Positions 47,061 through 56,946 of a stretch of 64,000 nt of DNA are shown in pieces. This stretch comes from Selaginella moellendorffii (Eukaryota; Plantae; Lycopodiophyta): NCBI RefSeq assembly GCF_000143415.4, contig NW_003314386.1, forward strand, positions 367,579 to 431,578, in the 5' to 3' direction. The translations under genes were made by a program, and so were the position numbers. Numbering within the stretch: the stretch's first letter is position 1; each line of letters opens with the position of its first letter. A model generated the notes under the pieces. The model had not been told where the DNA came from, searched no databases, and saw nothing but the letters and a program-made list of their open reading frames with translations.

Positions 47061-48295
47061 TTATCCCGGCACCCGACGACCGGTCTCGAGCTCGTCAATC
47101 CTTTTGCACAGGGCTCCAACGGTGATCTTGTGCTCCTTCTCCTGAGTGCTCATCATGTCCCGCAGCTCCTTCATCTCCTTGAGGAACAGGGTGCTCATCT
47201 CCTCGTTCTTCTGCACGAGCGTGGAGTTCTGGAGCTCCAGGCTCGCCACCCTGCTGCTGAGCTTCCCATTCTCCTGCTCCAGGCTCGCCACCCTGCTGCT
47301 GAGCTTCCCATTCTCCTGCTCCAGGGTCGCCACCCTGCTCCTGAGCTTCCCATTCTCCTGGTCCAGGCTCACCACCCTGCTGCTAAGCTCCCCTATCTGC
47401 TTCTCCAGGCCCACGATCGTCATCTCATCAGTCACTTTCTCCACCTTCTTTCTCTCCAGGTCCTTCTGGAGGGATTTCTTCTGCTTTGTGTCATTGTCCC
47501 GGTAGCGCCTCTCCGCATTGTAGAGCTCTAGCTTCTCCATGACCTTCTCCTGGAGGAGAAGCTTTTCGGCTTCGTGCTCGGCTTGCTGGAGGAGAAGCTG
47601 CTTGTCAACCTCCTGCTGGACAAGCTCGCTCTGCTTGTCCAGCAGATCTCGCTGCTCCCGGAGGAGCTTCTTGTGCGTGTCCAGCTCCTCCCGCTTCTCT
47701 CGCAGCTGGCGCTGGAGGCTGTCGATGTGGCTCACCAGCTGGTCATGCCTCTTCTTCGCCACCTTCGCAGCCTCCTCCTCCTGCTTCCTCGCCTCCTTCT
47801 GAGCCGCCTCCCTGATCTTCATCTGCTGCTGCTCGGCCTCCCTGATCATCACCTGCTGCTTCTCGGACTCCGCCTTCCCCTTTAGCTCCTCCTGCGCGGC
47901 AAGCAGCTGGTACTTCAGCTGATTCTTCTCGCTCTGCAGCCGCCCCAGCTGCTCCTGCTGCGGATTCAGCATCACAGCTCTGGCCATCGCCACACCCTTC
48001 TGCCTCGCCGTTTCCTCCTGGGACCAGAACCACATACCTTCCGGATGGCTCACAAAGTCCTCCTTGGACAGCCCCGTCGCTTCCAGGAACTGAGAGATCC
48101 CCTTCTCAACGCTCTCATCGAAGGCTGCCTGCGCCAGCACTCCACCGCTGTAGTGGATAGTGTAGACCAGATCCGGCTCAGCGAAGTGGATCGTCACTGT
48201 GACCTAGCGGGAAACCCTTCTCCTCTAGCTGAGCCTGAGAGAGAGATCATTACCTGATCATCGCCGCCGCTTGAATCCTTGTTCGGATCCTCCAT
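47061..48295 (-). CDS. Unknown coiled-coil protein (~394 aa, 2 exons) with 14-aa tandem repeats
   Basis: ATG 48295, exon 1 MEDPNKDSSGGDDQ, 50-nt GT-AG intron 48204-48253 splices in frame onto the 378-aa ORF; E/Q/K/L-rich; strongly GC3-rich codons. Confidence 0.75.
47232..47410 (-). repeat. 42-bp coding tandem repeat (~4 units, LEQENGKLSSRVAS)
   Basis: Directly visible in DNA and protein. Confidence 0.9.
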
Positions 48296-48576
48296 CTCCT
48301 TCTCGTTCTTCTGCTGCTTCCGGAGAAAAACCCTGAATTTTTACTCTTTTATTGAGCCCAGATCGCAGACACGTAGGCTGTCCAGTTGTCGGCGGCCACA
48401 TGGAGATGCGGGCGAATATTCCTTTCTCTGGAAGAATTAGGGTTCCTGGAGCTTGAGTGTCGCGGGGAGGGGGGAGATGAGCATAGTCCACAACTCATGG
48501 CGCCAGCAGCATCCCAGGATCATCATCGCATGAGCCGGAGCTTCTCCTACGATGTGCTGCTCCGCGATGTTTCCGG

Positions 48577-48597
48577 TTTAGGGTTTAGGGTTTAGGG
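48577..48597 (+). repeat. (TTTAGGG)3 interstitial telomere-type repeat / telo-box
   Basis: Directly visible. Confidence 0.85.
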
Positions 48598-49069
48598 TCT
48601 CCCACCCGCTCCAGCTCCGAGCTGAGCCCGCCGGAGATCGAGGAGGCCACTGTTCACTCCAATGGCGGCCTCCATCACCGCCCGAGGCTTGATCTCCCAC
48701 CGGCAGAAAGCAAGAGCTCTTCAGAGCCCGCCAATGGATCTCTTCTTCTGGTGGACGAAGACACATGCAGCTCCCGGGTTGAAGACCCGGCTACCTCAGT
48801 CGTTCATCACACCTCTGGCGGAGAAGCCCGCTTCTCCGCCAACATACCTCGGTTATCAACTTTGAACCCGATGGTGAAACCGAACCGGGTTCACAGAAGA
48901 AGCTCGAGAACGAGGCTGACAAACCTTTCCCGGGTCTTCCACCAGCTTTTGATCCCACCAGTGGAGCTCACTGGAGACAACTTATGAATGCCGGCAATGA
49001 GTGTAAGTATGTTGCGACATTTTTTGTTTTCTTCAGGATATAATTCTTTTTATTTTTTGAAATATTTCA

Positions 49070-49815
49070 GACATGGAACTGGATTTTTCTCCGGTTCAAC
49101 ATGTGATGGACGAGCTCACTGATGGAGCTGCTCTGCAAATTACGACAAGAACCGGAAGCGAACAAAGCCGGGAGCGCGGGTACAATGTCTTGTGCAATGT
49201 TCCCTGGCGCTGCGAGCTGGTCAGTTTTATGGGTTTTTTTTCCAGTTTTATTTTGTTTGGTTGCATTCGGTTTGAATTTATTCACTTTGTTCTTGTTTTT
49301 TCTTACTCAGCTTGTTTCTTTGTCTGCCTAGACTCTTTCTTGTCACTCTTAACTGTGACTCCATTGCGGCTCCTGATGGTTTTACCGAACCGTGTAAGGT
49401 GATTTTACATCTTTTATACATTCATTTTTATTGATATATTTCTGATTAGGAACTTCCGGACAGTCGGACCCAGTGACTGGTGCGACTTATGTTGTTTGAT
49501 CATATTAATCGCCGGAGGGAAGGCTCTTCAGCAAGCTGGTGAGCTCCTCAATCATTTTTCGCTGCTCAAATTCATTTATTCAAATTTTTTTATGTGTGTG
49601 TATGAGTTCCAGAGATCAGGTACATCTATCACTCTATCAGATTCGCAAACATCAAGCTCTATGTGATCTACAACATGCTCGAGGTCTGGCTTTTTAATCA
49701 TTTATTTTTTTCAATACGTTTATTCTTCTAGTTTTCACAATCATTCGCTGAATGTTTTCTGTATACTGCAGGTGTTTGACAAGCTTTTCCAATCATTTGG
49801 AGTCGAGGTTCTCTT
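49070..49815 (+). pseudogene. POD1/TAPT1 (DUF747)-like gene remnant
   Basis: NVPWRCEL|, CFFVCLDSFLSLLTVTPLR, YIYHSIR..IKLYVIYNMLE|VFDKLFQSFG. Confidence 0.75.
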
Positions 49816-50099
49816 CAGATCAGCAGTGAGCTGCACAGAAGGCTTCGGATTTTTTTAAGGCTTTTCTTCGATCAGAGCATCGCCATCGGATGCTTCATTA
49901 TCCTTTTTCTTTTATTTTTTATCTTTATTTTATTTATTAATTAGTTTTTTATCCTTAACTTCTACACACTTGTGCACTCGTTCATCATCATGTTTGAAGG
50001 AATAACTCTGGCCGCGGCCCTCCACCATGCGGCTACAAATTGTTCATGCTCTTAATGTCGACTACGACTACATTTCAGGATACTACGACTAAATCACCT

Positions 50100-50753
50100 T
50101 CCTTGGAGTTGATCGTTGGAAGCAGCTCGAAACAGCAGGTGATCACCAGCTTATGGAGTGAGGAGACTTCTGGCAAACTCCGGAGCTGAAACATCGTTGC
50201 ATCGAGATGATCAATGAAACGAGTACCGTTATTCCTCAGCGTGATCTACTTCCACCAGCATCTCTTCAACAACTCCCAGACAGGTTAAAAGAGTTCGAGC
50301 TTCTTTGGAGCATCCAGTGAATGAAAGCCTCTGAATCAAAATCTCAAGCACCTGAGTTTGGCTGTACTTGTTAGACTCTCCCTTGGAAGTTTGAAAGGTC
50401 CAACGTACACAGCGACCTGCTATGTTGGCTAGAAGCACAGCTTCATTTTTTCAAGACTCAAAGCTTCAAGTACTCTAGATTTGCCGACAGAGGACGATCA
50501 ATTGAAGATCTTTGTTGTTCATAACCTCGAGGCTCTTCAGGGAATGCGACCGGATGCTGAGCTTATCAGTATCAATCCAGAGCTCGGTGAGGTTGGGGGT
50601 ATCCAAAGTCACCTTGCCAGTTGTGGTTGATGGAGTTGAACTTTTAGCAACCAGTTGATGTAATAAGAAGTAAGACGCTGTTTCAGTTTCAGTAGCACCT
50701 GTGTTCTGGGCAAGCCAGGATGGGAAAGGGCCCTCTGTATCAACGGCCCTCAT
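50100..50753 (-). pseudogene. Leucine-rich (F-box/RNI-like) remnant
   Basis: LDTPNLTELWIDTDKLSIRSHSLKSLEV and LRSLPEVSSLHKLVITCC; multiple stops. Confidence 0.4.
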
Positions 50754-50821
50754 TGTCGAAGGTATAGATTAATTAACCACGATGTAAATCTTTGTAAACT
50801 CTCATTCCATGTACTAAAATT

Positions 50822-51123
50822 AAATGCCTGAAATATCCAATTCTCTCTAAAAAAAACTCACACCTTGATAACTTTGAGTAGAGTTTGTTGTCCCTCAAAA
50901 GTTGTAAAACACTTCATACTATGTTCCTCCACTGAAGAGTTGAATACTAGAATATCATCAAAATAATATTGAAATCAAATGCTTGAAATATCCAATTTTC
51001 TCTAAAAAAAACTCACACTTTGATAATTTTGAGTAGAGTTTGTTATCCCTCAAAAGTTGTAAAACATTTCATACCATGTTCCTCCACTGAAAAGTTAAAT
51101 ACTAGAATATCATCAAAATAATT
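50822..51123 (+). repeat. ~155-bp AT-rich tandem duplication
   Basis: 50822-50970 repeated at ~50977-51123. Confidence 0.9.
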
Positions 51124-51515
51124 AATTGTAAATTTTCCTAAATAAGGGTATAAAACTTAATTCATCAATCTTTGAAAAGTTATAGAAGCATTTGTCAAAC
51201 TAAACAACATCCATAATGACTTATCCTTGTCTAAAATGTAATTTTCAAACCATCCTTTGGCTTGAGGTTGGATCTGATAGTTCCCTCAAGCTGCATTAAC
51301 TAGAAGAGCGAGATGGCCGAGCTTTGATGCCCTGCAAGCACATGGTTCTTGGCCATGGCCTCAAAAGTTCTCTCATCATCAAGAGGAAATCCTGGAAGCA
51401 TATTCAAAGAGCAAGCTTTTAATGTTTCTTAGGTCTGCAATAACGCAATAAATATTGTAGTTTCTCTCATAACCTTTTATAGAATTAAAAAGCAGCATTT
51501 TAAATGTGATATTGA

Positions 51516-52542
51516 TTATGATGAATACACTCTGACATGCTTTAACGCTTTATTCCATAGGCCCGCTATACTTTGCCCAAGGCTTGGAACATGTTTGGGT
51601 AGCGTCACCTTGAGAAGCCCATCACTAAGGTGATATGTTGCCACATCCTGCACAACACCGCGGGGGAAGTAAAGCCTGCGAGCAAACACTTTGGTGCTCG
51701 CTTCTCCCCGCTCTACTCTCACCGCTTCTCCGCCATCATCTTCGTCTCGGGCAACGCCAGTGATCTCGAGCACAAAGCCCGACTTGTCCTCCACCCAAGC
51801 GATGTCCACGGTGGCCGACTGCGCGCCTGGCATCTCCGCGACGACCACGTACGAGCCTGGACGATCCAAGATGTCCACCAATGGGGAGATGGTGACGACG
51901 CTTGAGTCGCCACCACAATCATCTGCGTCGTTGGAGGCGAGAGCTTCAGGCCGAATGATCCCGGCCGCGTCTGAAATGGTGCACGAGGCCGGAGGAACAC
52001 GCGCGGCAGGCACCGCAAGGTACTCCTCCTCCACAACTCGCTGTTCTCGCTGCTCTCGCCCTGTTTGCTCCAGCCCTGGGACAAGCGGCAGCGTCACCCG
52101 CAAGAGACCACTGTGAAGCTGGTAGCTTATCCTTTCCGTGTCCACTGCATCGGAGCACAAACTCTCGCGCAAACATCTTGGTGAAGGCACCACGATCCCT
52201 GAGGACGCGACGCTCTGTCGCCTCGTGAGAGATCCCAACGATGGACACGACTCGATGGAAATGAGAGCGCGAGACCTCCACCTTGACATCGCTGCTGCTC
52301 GTCACGCCCGGCATCTCCAAAAGGATGAGATACGAGTTGGGGAGGCGGCGCACATCTGTGAGCGTGGCAGCTGCAACCGTGTCGGCTATGAAGCACTTGT
52401 GCGCGCTCATAGCGTGCTCTACCTCAACCGTGCTGTTGCCGCAGCCGCGCGCCTGGCGGAGAGAGCAGTAATCACGGTCGCACGCCTGCGCCGCGACAAG
52501 CACCAAGAATACCATCGCCGCCCTCGCTGCCGCCATCGCCAT
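51516..52542 (-). pseudogene. Double-ACD protein copy 4 with 2-nt frameshift
   Basis: ATG 52542; GCATCGGAGCAC versus GCATCGGGGAGCAC in copies 2 and 3 at ~52152; different tail (KHVRVYSS*). Confidence 0.85.
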
Positions 52543-52611
52543 TCTTCGCCCTTCTCTGCACCAGGGACTTATATACAAGAAAAGAAAAGGTATGAGTTCC
52601 CACGTGGAATT

Positions 52612-53240
52612 CTTACATGCCATGCGTGGGCTGATGGCGTACATAAGCGAAGTGAGGAAGTAGTAAGCCACGGCGATGTGTTGAACGAGGAAGCGATCAA
52701 ACCATCGGATGGAGCTCATTCCAGCTCTCAGCGAAATGTACTTTGAGATAGTCTGCTCGTCTCCACCACCCGAAACTCTCGTACATGTGAAGAACAAAGA
52801 GAACCACGAAAAAAATATATACCAAAGGAACATTTCGAGAAGGTCGTAGTCACGATCAGCAGTCGATCCAAAATTGGTATCACAAAATCCTGAAGAAAAG
52901 GAACGATCGATCGATCGATCGATCGATCGATCGATCACAGGAAACAAGTAGAAGAAAAAGGACCGTGGGAGGAGTATGTACCGTTTAAACCCTTGCTCCG
53001 CTCGGGCTTGCTTGAGCTCGATGAGCTCGAGCTGCTTGCCAATCGGCTCCTGCGACGCTGGCGCTGGCGGATTTGGCTTCTCGGTCAGCAATGTCGCCGA
53101 AATCCTTCTGTGATTGAGCGTGAGAGAGGGAAAGATTACACGGAGGAACGCAACCTTTTGCCAAGGTAGAACTTGCTCGACCTGGACGAAGCTGCCAGAG
53201 GAAGATCTTCCCAGCGCGAATGGCGGGCGTTCTTCCAAGA
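52612..53240 (-). pseudogene. PTOX: Plastid terminal oxidase (PTOX/IMMUTANS) remnant
   Basis: VLHMYESFGWWRRADYLKVHFAESWNELH and WFDRFLVQHIAVAYYFLTSLMYAISPRMA; 5' piece also at ~42770-42910. Confidence 0.85.
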
Positions 53241-53306
53241 AGGAATATTTGTTGGAATTTAGGGTTTTAGCGGGGGTTTGGGCGGGAGGGCTGTAGGCGC
53301 GAGACG

Positions 53307-54120
53307 ATGGCCGAGCTCAGCCCGACGATCGCAGATCTAGATGGCCACAAGGATCTCTTCCGGGCTCTCTCGTCAGTCGCCATGCTCGCTTCGCTATAGA
53401 AATTCTCTAGAAATTCTCACTGCCAAAATGCAGATCCAAGATGGACAAGATCAAGGAGCCTGGCCGGCAGAGCAAGGATCTGGAGGGGCTGCGCGAGTGC
53501 AAGAGGTCGGTCTCGCTGCCTCCTGGCTGTGCTAGCTAGAGACGCTAAAGGGTCAATGTAGGCTCATGAAGGAGTTTAGGGAGATCAAGGAGGAGGAGTC
53601 GATGAATCCACCGGATTTGACGAAGCAGCTGAATGAAAAGGAGCAGTCACTGGTAAGTTCCAGGCCAGGAGATTTTGCGAGCGCTAGGATGGTGTCTCTT
53701 GCAGGTGGCCCTGCGCAAAACGTGAGTTCTTGTGTATGCATTCCTTCGCCATGCCGGTGTCTCACAAGTTCTTCTCTTTTTCCTTGGTTTCGCCCAGGTA
53801 CACGAGCTCGCTGGGGAACAAAAGGTCGCAGTTGAGGGAAGGTGGCGAATGTGCTCGCACTGACCTCACGGATCCAAACTTAAAGATGGTGTCCTGTAAG
53901 TCGCGACTTGTCTCGCTTGATTCTCTAAGCTCTTTGCTCTTCGTTTTTGTAGCAATGTCAAACCAGCAACTCATGGACGCTGGGAAGAAAACTATGGACG
54001 AGACGGATCAGAAGATTGAGCGCGTGAAAAAAGGTCCGATCGACGCTCAAATGACAAGTTGGCATTCTTTTCTTCCGGGATACACTGGTGGAGGATCCTG
54101 TTTTGCAGCTTGCTACCAGT
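53307..54120 (+). pseudogene. NPSN: NPSN pseudogene, second copy
   Basis: Colinear with 42990-43720; MSNQQLMDAGKKTMDETDQKIERVKK. Confidence 0.8.
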
Positions 54121-54521
54121 AGATCCATATTCAAGCTCTATGTTGAGATCTCAATTTCGAAGGAGCCATAGAGATTTGCACCGCTTGAATTCTTTCAATT
54201 GCAAGCTCCGCCATGGCCAAAACTCTAGAAAAATAGTTGCATCGTGAAACGATCCAGATCGAGACAGACCCTAGAACCAAGAACAGAAAGATTGATTAAT
54301 TTAGAACGATTGAGATCCAGACGAGGATCCAGACATTTATAGGATGATACATGGCCACACATACATTGTGGCAATGGGATTCTCCGCCTCTGGCTCTGGC
54401 TCCATCTCCGTCTCTGCCTCTGGCTCTGGCGCTGGATCGTCGTGCTCCTGAGGAGATTTGTTCTGTCCAAGGAAAGAATCATTCAAAGCAAAGAAAGAGA
54501 TTCTTGCACCTCAGTCTAGCG

Positions 54522-56592
54522 GTTGAGGTTGTGATCAAGCCGCTTTTCCTTGACGAACGTGAGGCGGCGTGGATCCTGCTTTGGCATTCTCCTTTAACCC
54601 GCTTTGTTGTTCATCGCCTTCTCTTTCTCCGCCATCGCGCTCCGTTGCTTCCCCGCCCAAGGGGTAAAAAAAAGGAATATGCTCTTTTTTTCAAATTGCC
54701 ATTTCCTTTTAACGCATTGAGTGTAATCATTCAATCTCTCGAAACTTCCTTTTTTTAGTATTTTTCATGATCACCAAGTTGTCCGGTCTTTTTCGAGAGG
54801 CAACTTTGTGAGAGATCAAATGCCGAAGTGAGCCAGTGTTATGCCCAACCGAGCAGGGAATCTATCCCTGGCAAAGCATCTTGGTTTATATAGTGAATAT
54901 TCATAAGTAACAAAATTAACTACCTAAATATAAATTTTAGTTTTAGTTGGTAGTTTTATTTTAGATAATTTATTTTTATAGAATATATTTAAATGAAAAA
55001 AATTCATTTCAAAGTCACGGTAAGAAAAATATACTATAAAATATTAACTTGTTAGAAAAATTAAGAATTTTATTCTCATAAAAAATGAAATATATTTATT
55101 TAATAATCACTATGTTTAATCCATCATTTCGTTTATATTTATGTATGCACTTGATCTACTTAATATTAAATGTCCCTTTTTTTATAGTCTATGAATAATA
55201 GAAATATTTTTATATATCATTTTTCTATTTATGTAATTACAAAAATATAATATTTCAAAAAAGTTACTTATTTAAAATTTTTTAAATAATGATACTTTTT
55301 AAGTTTGAGCTAATGAAAAACTTGATAAAATTATGTTTGTTAAGTTTTAGTGATAAGTAAAGGTGAAAATTATATAAAGCAACTTTTTTTTGTAAGATTC
55401 TGCATTTGTATCAAATTGAATTCAGTAGTATTTCAACCGTGAAATTTCACTCCAATCAATCCATCAATGATCAAAATAGTCATTCAACAACCAAAAAAGC
55501 AAACAAAACCAATAGCTGTTTTTTATTTTCTTTTTACTCAGTCCAGCATTTGAGGTTGTGATCAAGCCACTTCTCTTTGAAGAACGTGAGGCGGCGTGGA
55601 TCCTGCTTTGGCGTTCTCCTCTTGCTTGCCTTATTATTCATCGCCTTCTCTTTCTCCACCATTGCGCTCCGCTGCTTTCCCGCCCAAGGGCTAAAAAAAA
55701 AGGAATATGCTCTTTTTTTTAAATTGCCATTTCCTTTTAACGCATCGAGTGTAATCATTCAATTTCTCGAAACTTCCTTTTTTTAGTATTTTTCATGATC
55801 ACCAGGCTGTTCGGTCTTTTTCGAGAGGCAACTTTGCGAGAGATCGAATGCCAAAGTGGGACACCATGTACTTGGCAACTGTAATCCAGTGTTATGCCTG
55901 ACCGAGCAGGGAATCTATCCCTAGCAAAGCATCTTGGTTTATATAGTGAATATTCATAAGTAACAAAATTAACTACCTAAATATAAATTTTAGTTTTAGT
56001 TGGTAGTTTTATTTTAGATAATTTATTTTTATGGAATATATTTAAATGAAAAAAAATTCATTTCAAAGTCACGGTAAGAAAAATATACTATAAAATATTA
56101 ACTTGTTAGAAAAATTAAGAATTTTATTCTCATAAAAAAATTATATTTATTTAATAATCACTATGTTTAATCCATCATTTAGTTTATATTTATGTATGCA
56201 CTTGATCTACTTAATATCAAATGTCCATTTTTTTTATAGTCTATGAATAATAGAAATATTTTTATATATCATTTTTCTATTTATGTAATTACAAAAATAT
56301 AATATTTCAAAAAATTTACTTATTTAAAATTTTTAAATAATGATACTTTTTAAGTTTAGAGCTAATGAAAAACTTGATAAAATTATGTTTGTTAAGTTTT
56401 AGTGATAAGTAAGGGTGAAAATTATATAAAGCAACTTTTTTTTGTAGGATTCTGCATTTGTATCAAATTGAATTCAATAGTATTTCAACCGTGAAATTTC
56501 ACTCCAATCAATCCATCAATGATCAAAATACTCATTCAACAACCAAAAAAACAAGTAAAACCAATAGTTGTTTTTTATTTTCTTTTTACTCT
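54522..56592 (+). repeat. ~1.03-kb near-identical tandem duplication
   Basis: 54522-55538 repeated at ~55549-56592; each unit has a gene-fragment head related to 34060-34330 and a long AT-rich tail. Confidence 0.92.
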
Positions 56593-56946
56593 CTCAAGCA
56601 AAGAAAGCTAGCCTAAACTTATGGCTTGTACTAACTCCTGGAAATTCGAATACTTGGATACACTTTCAGCTAAAAGGTTGATTTCCAGACAAGCAGCGAA
56701 CTGAAGAAGATTGCCAACGAGAATGGCGTGGTGGGATTATCTGTGAATGGAAGGAACGGGCAAGGGCAATCTTTGGAGCCGAAGAACGTGAGGCTCAAAT
56801 GCATGGTGTCATCGCTCGCCATCGCCATTGCTCGCAAGTGGAAAGGACCAGAACGAAATCGATGAATTGATGGATGGTGGAATTTGTGGATAGTTTGCAA
56901 AATTTAGCACTAGCGCACGACTCGCCCAACCCTAAACGTCATCCCA

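Noticed and set aside
47232-47410. CRISPR-like array
   Set aside because: No unique spacers; it is an in-frame coding repeat in a eukaryotic gene
48577-48597. Chromosome end or fusion site
   Set aside because: Only three units, in a promoter-like position; telo-boxes are common near start codons in this window
51946-53238. 430-aa ORF that looks like a PTOX-ACD fusion
   Set aside because: It runs through intron-derived (GATC)n sequence, out-of-frame PTOX, the ACD promoter and a frameshifted ACD tail; most likely an accidental open frame
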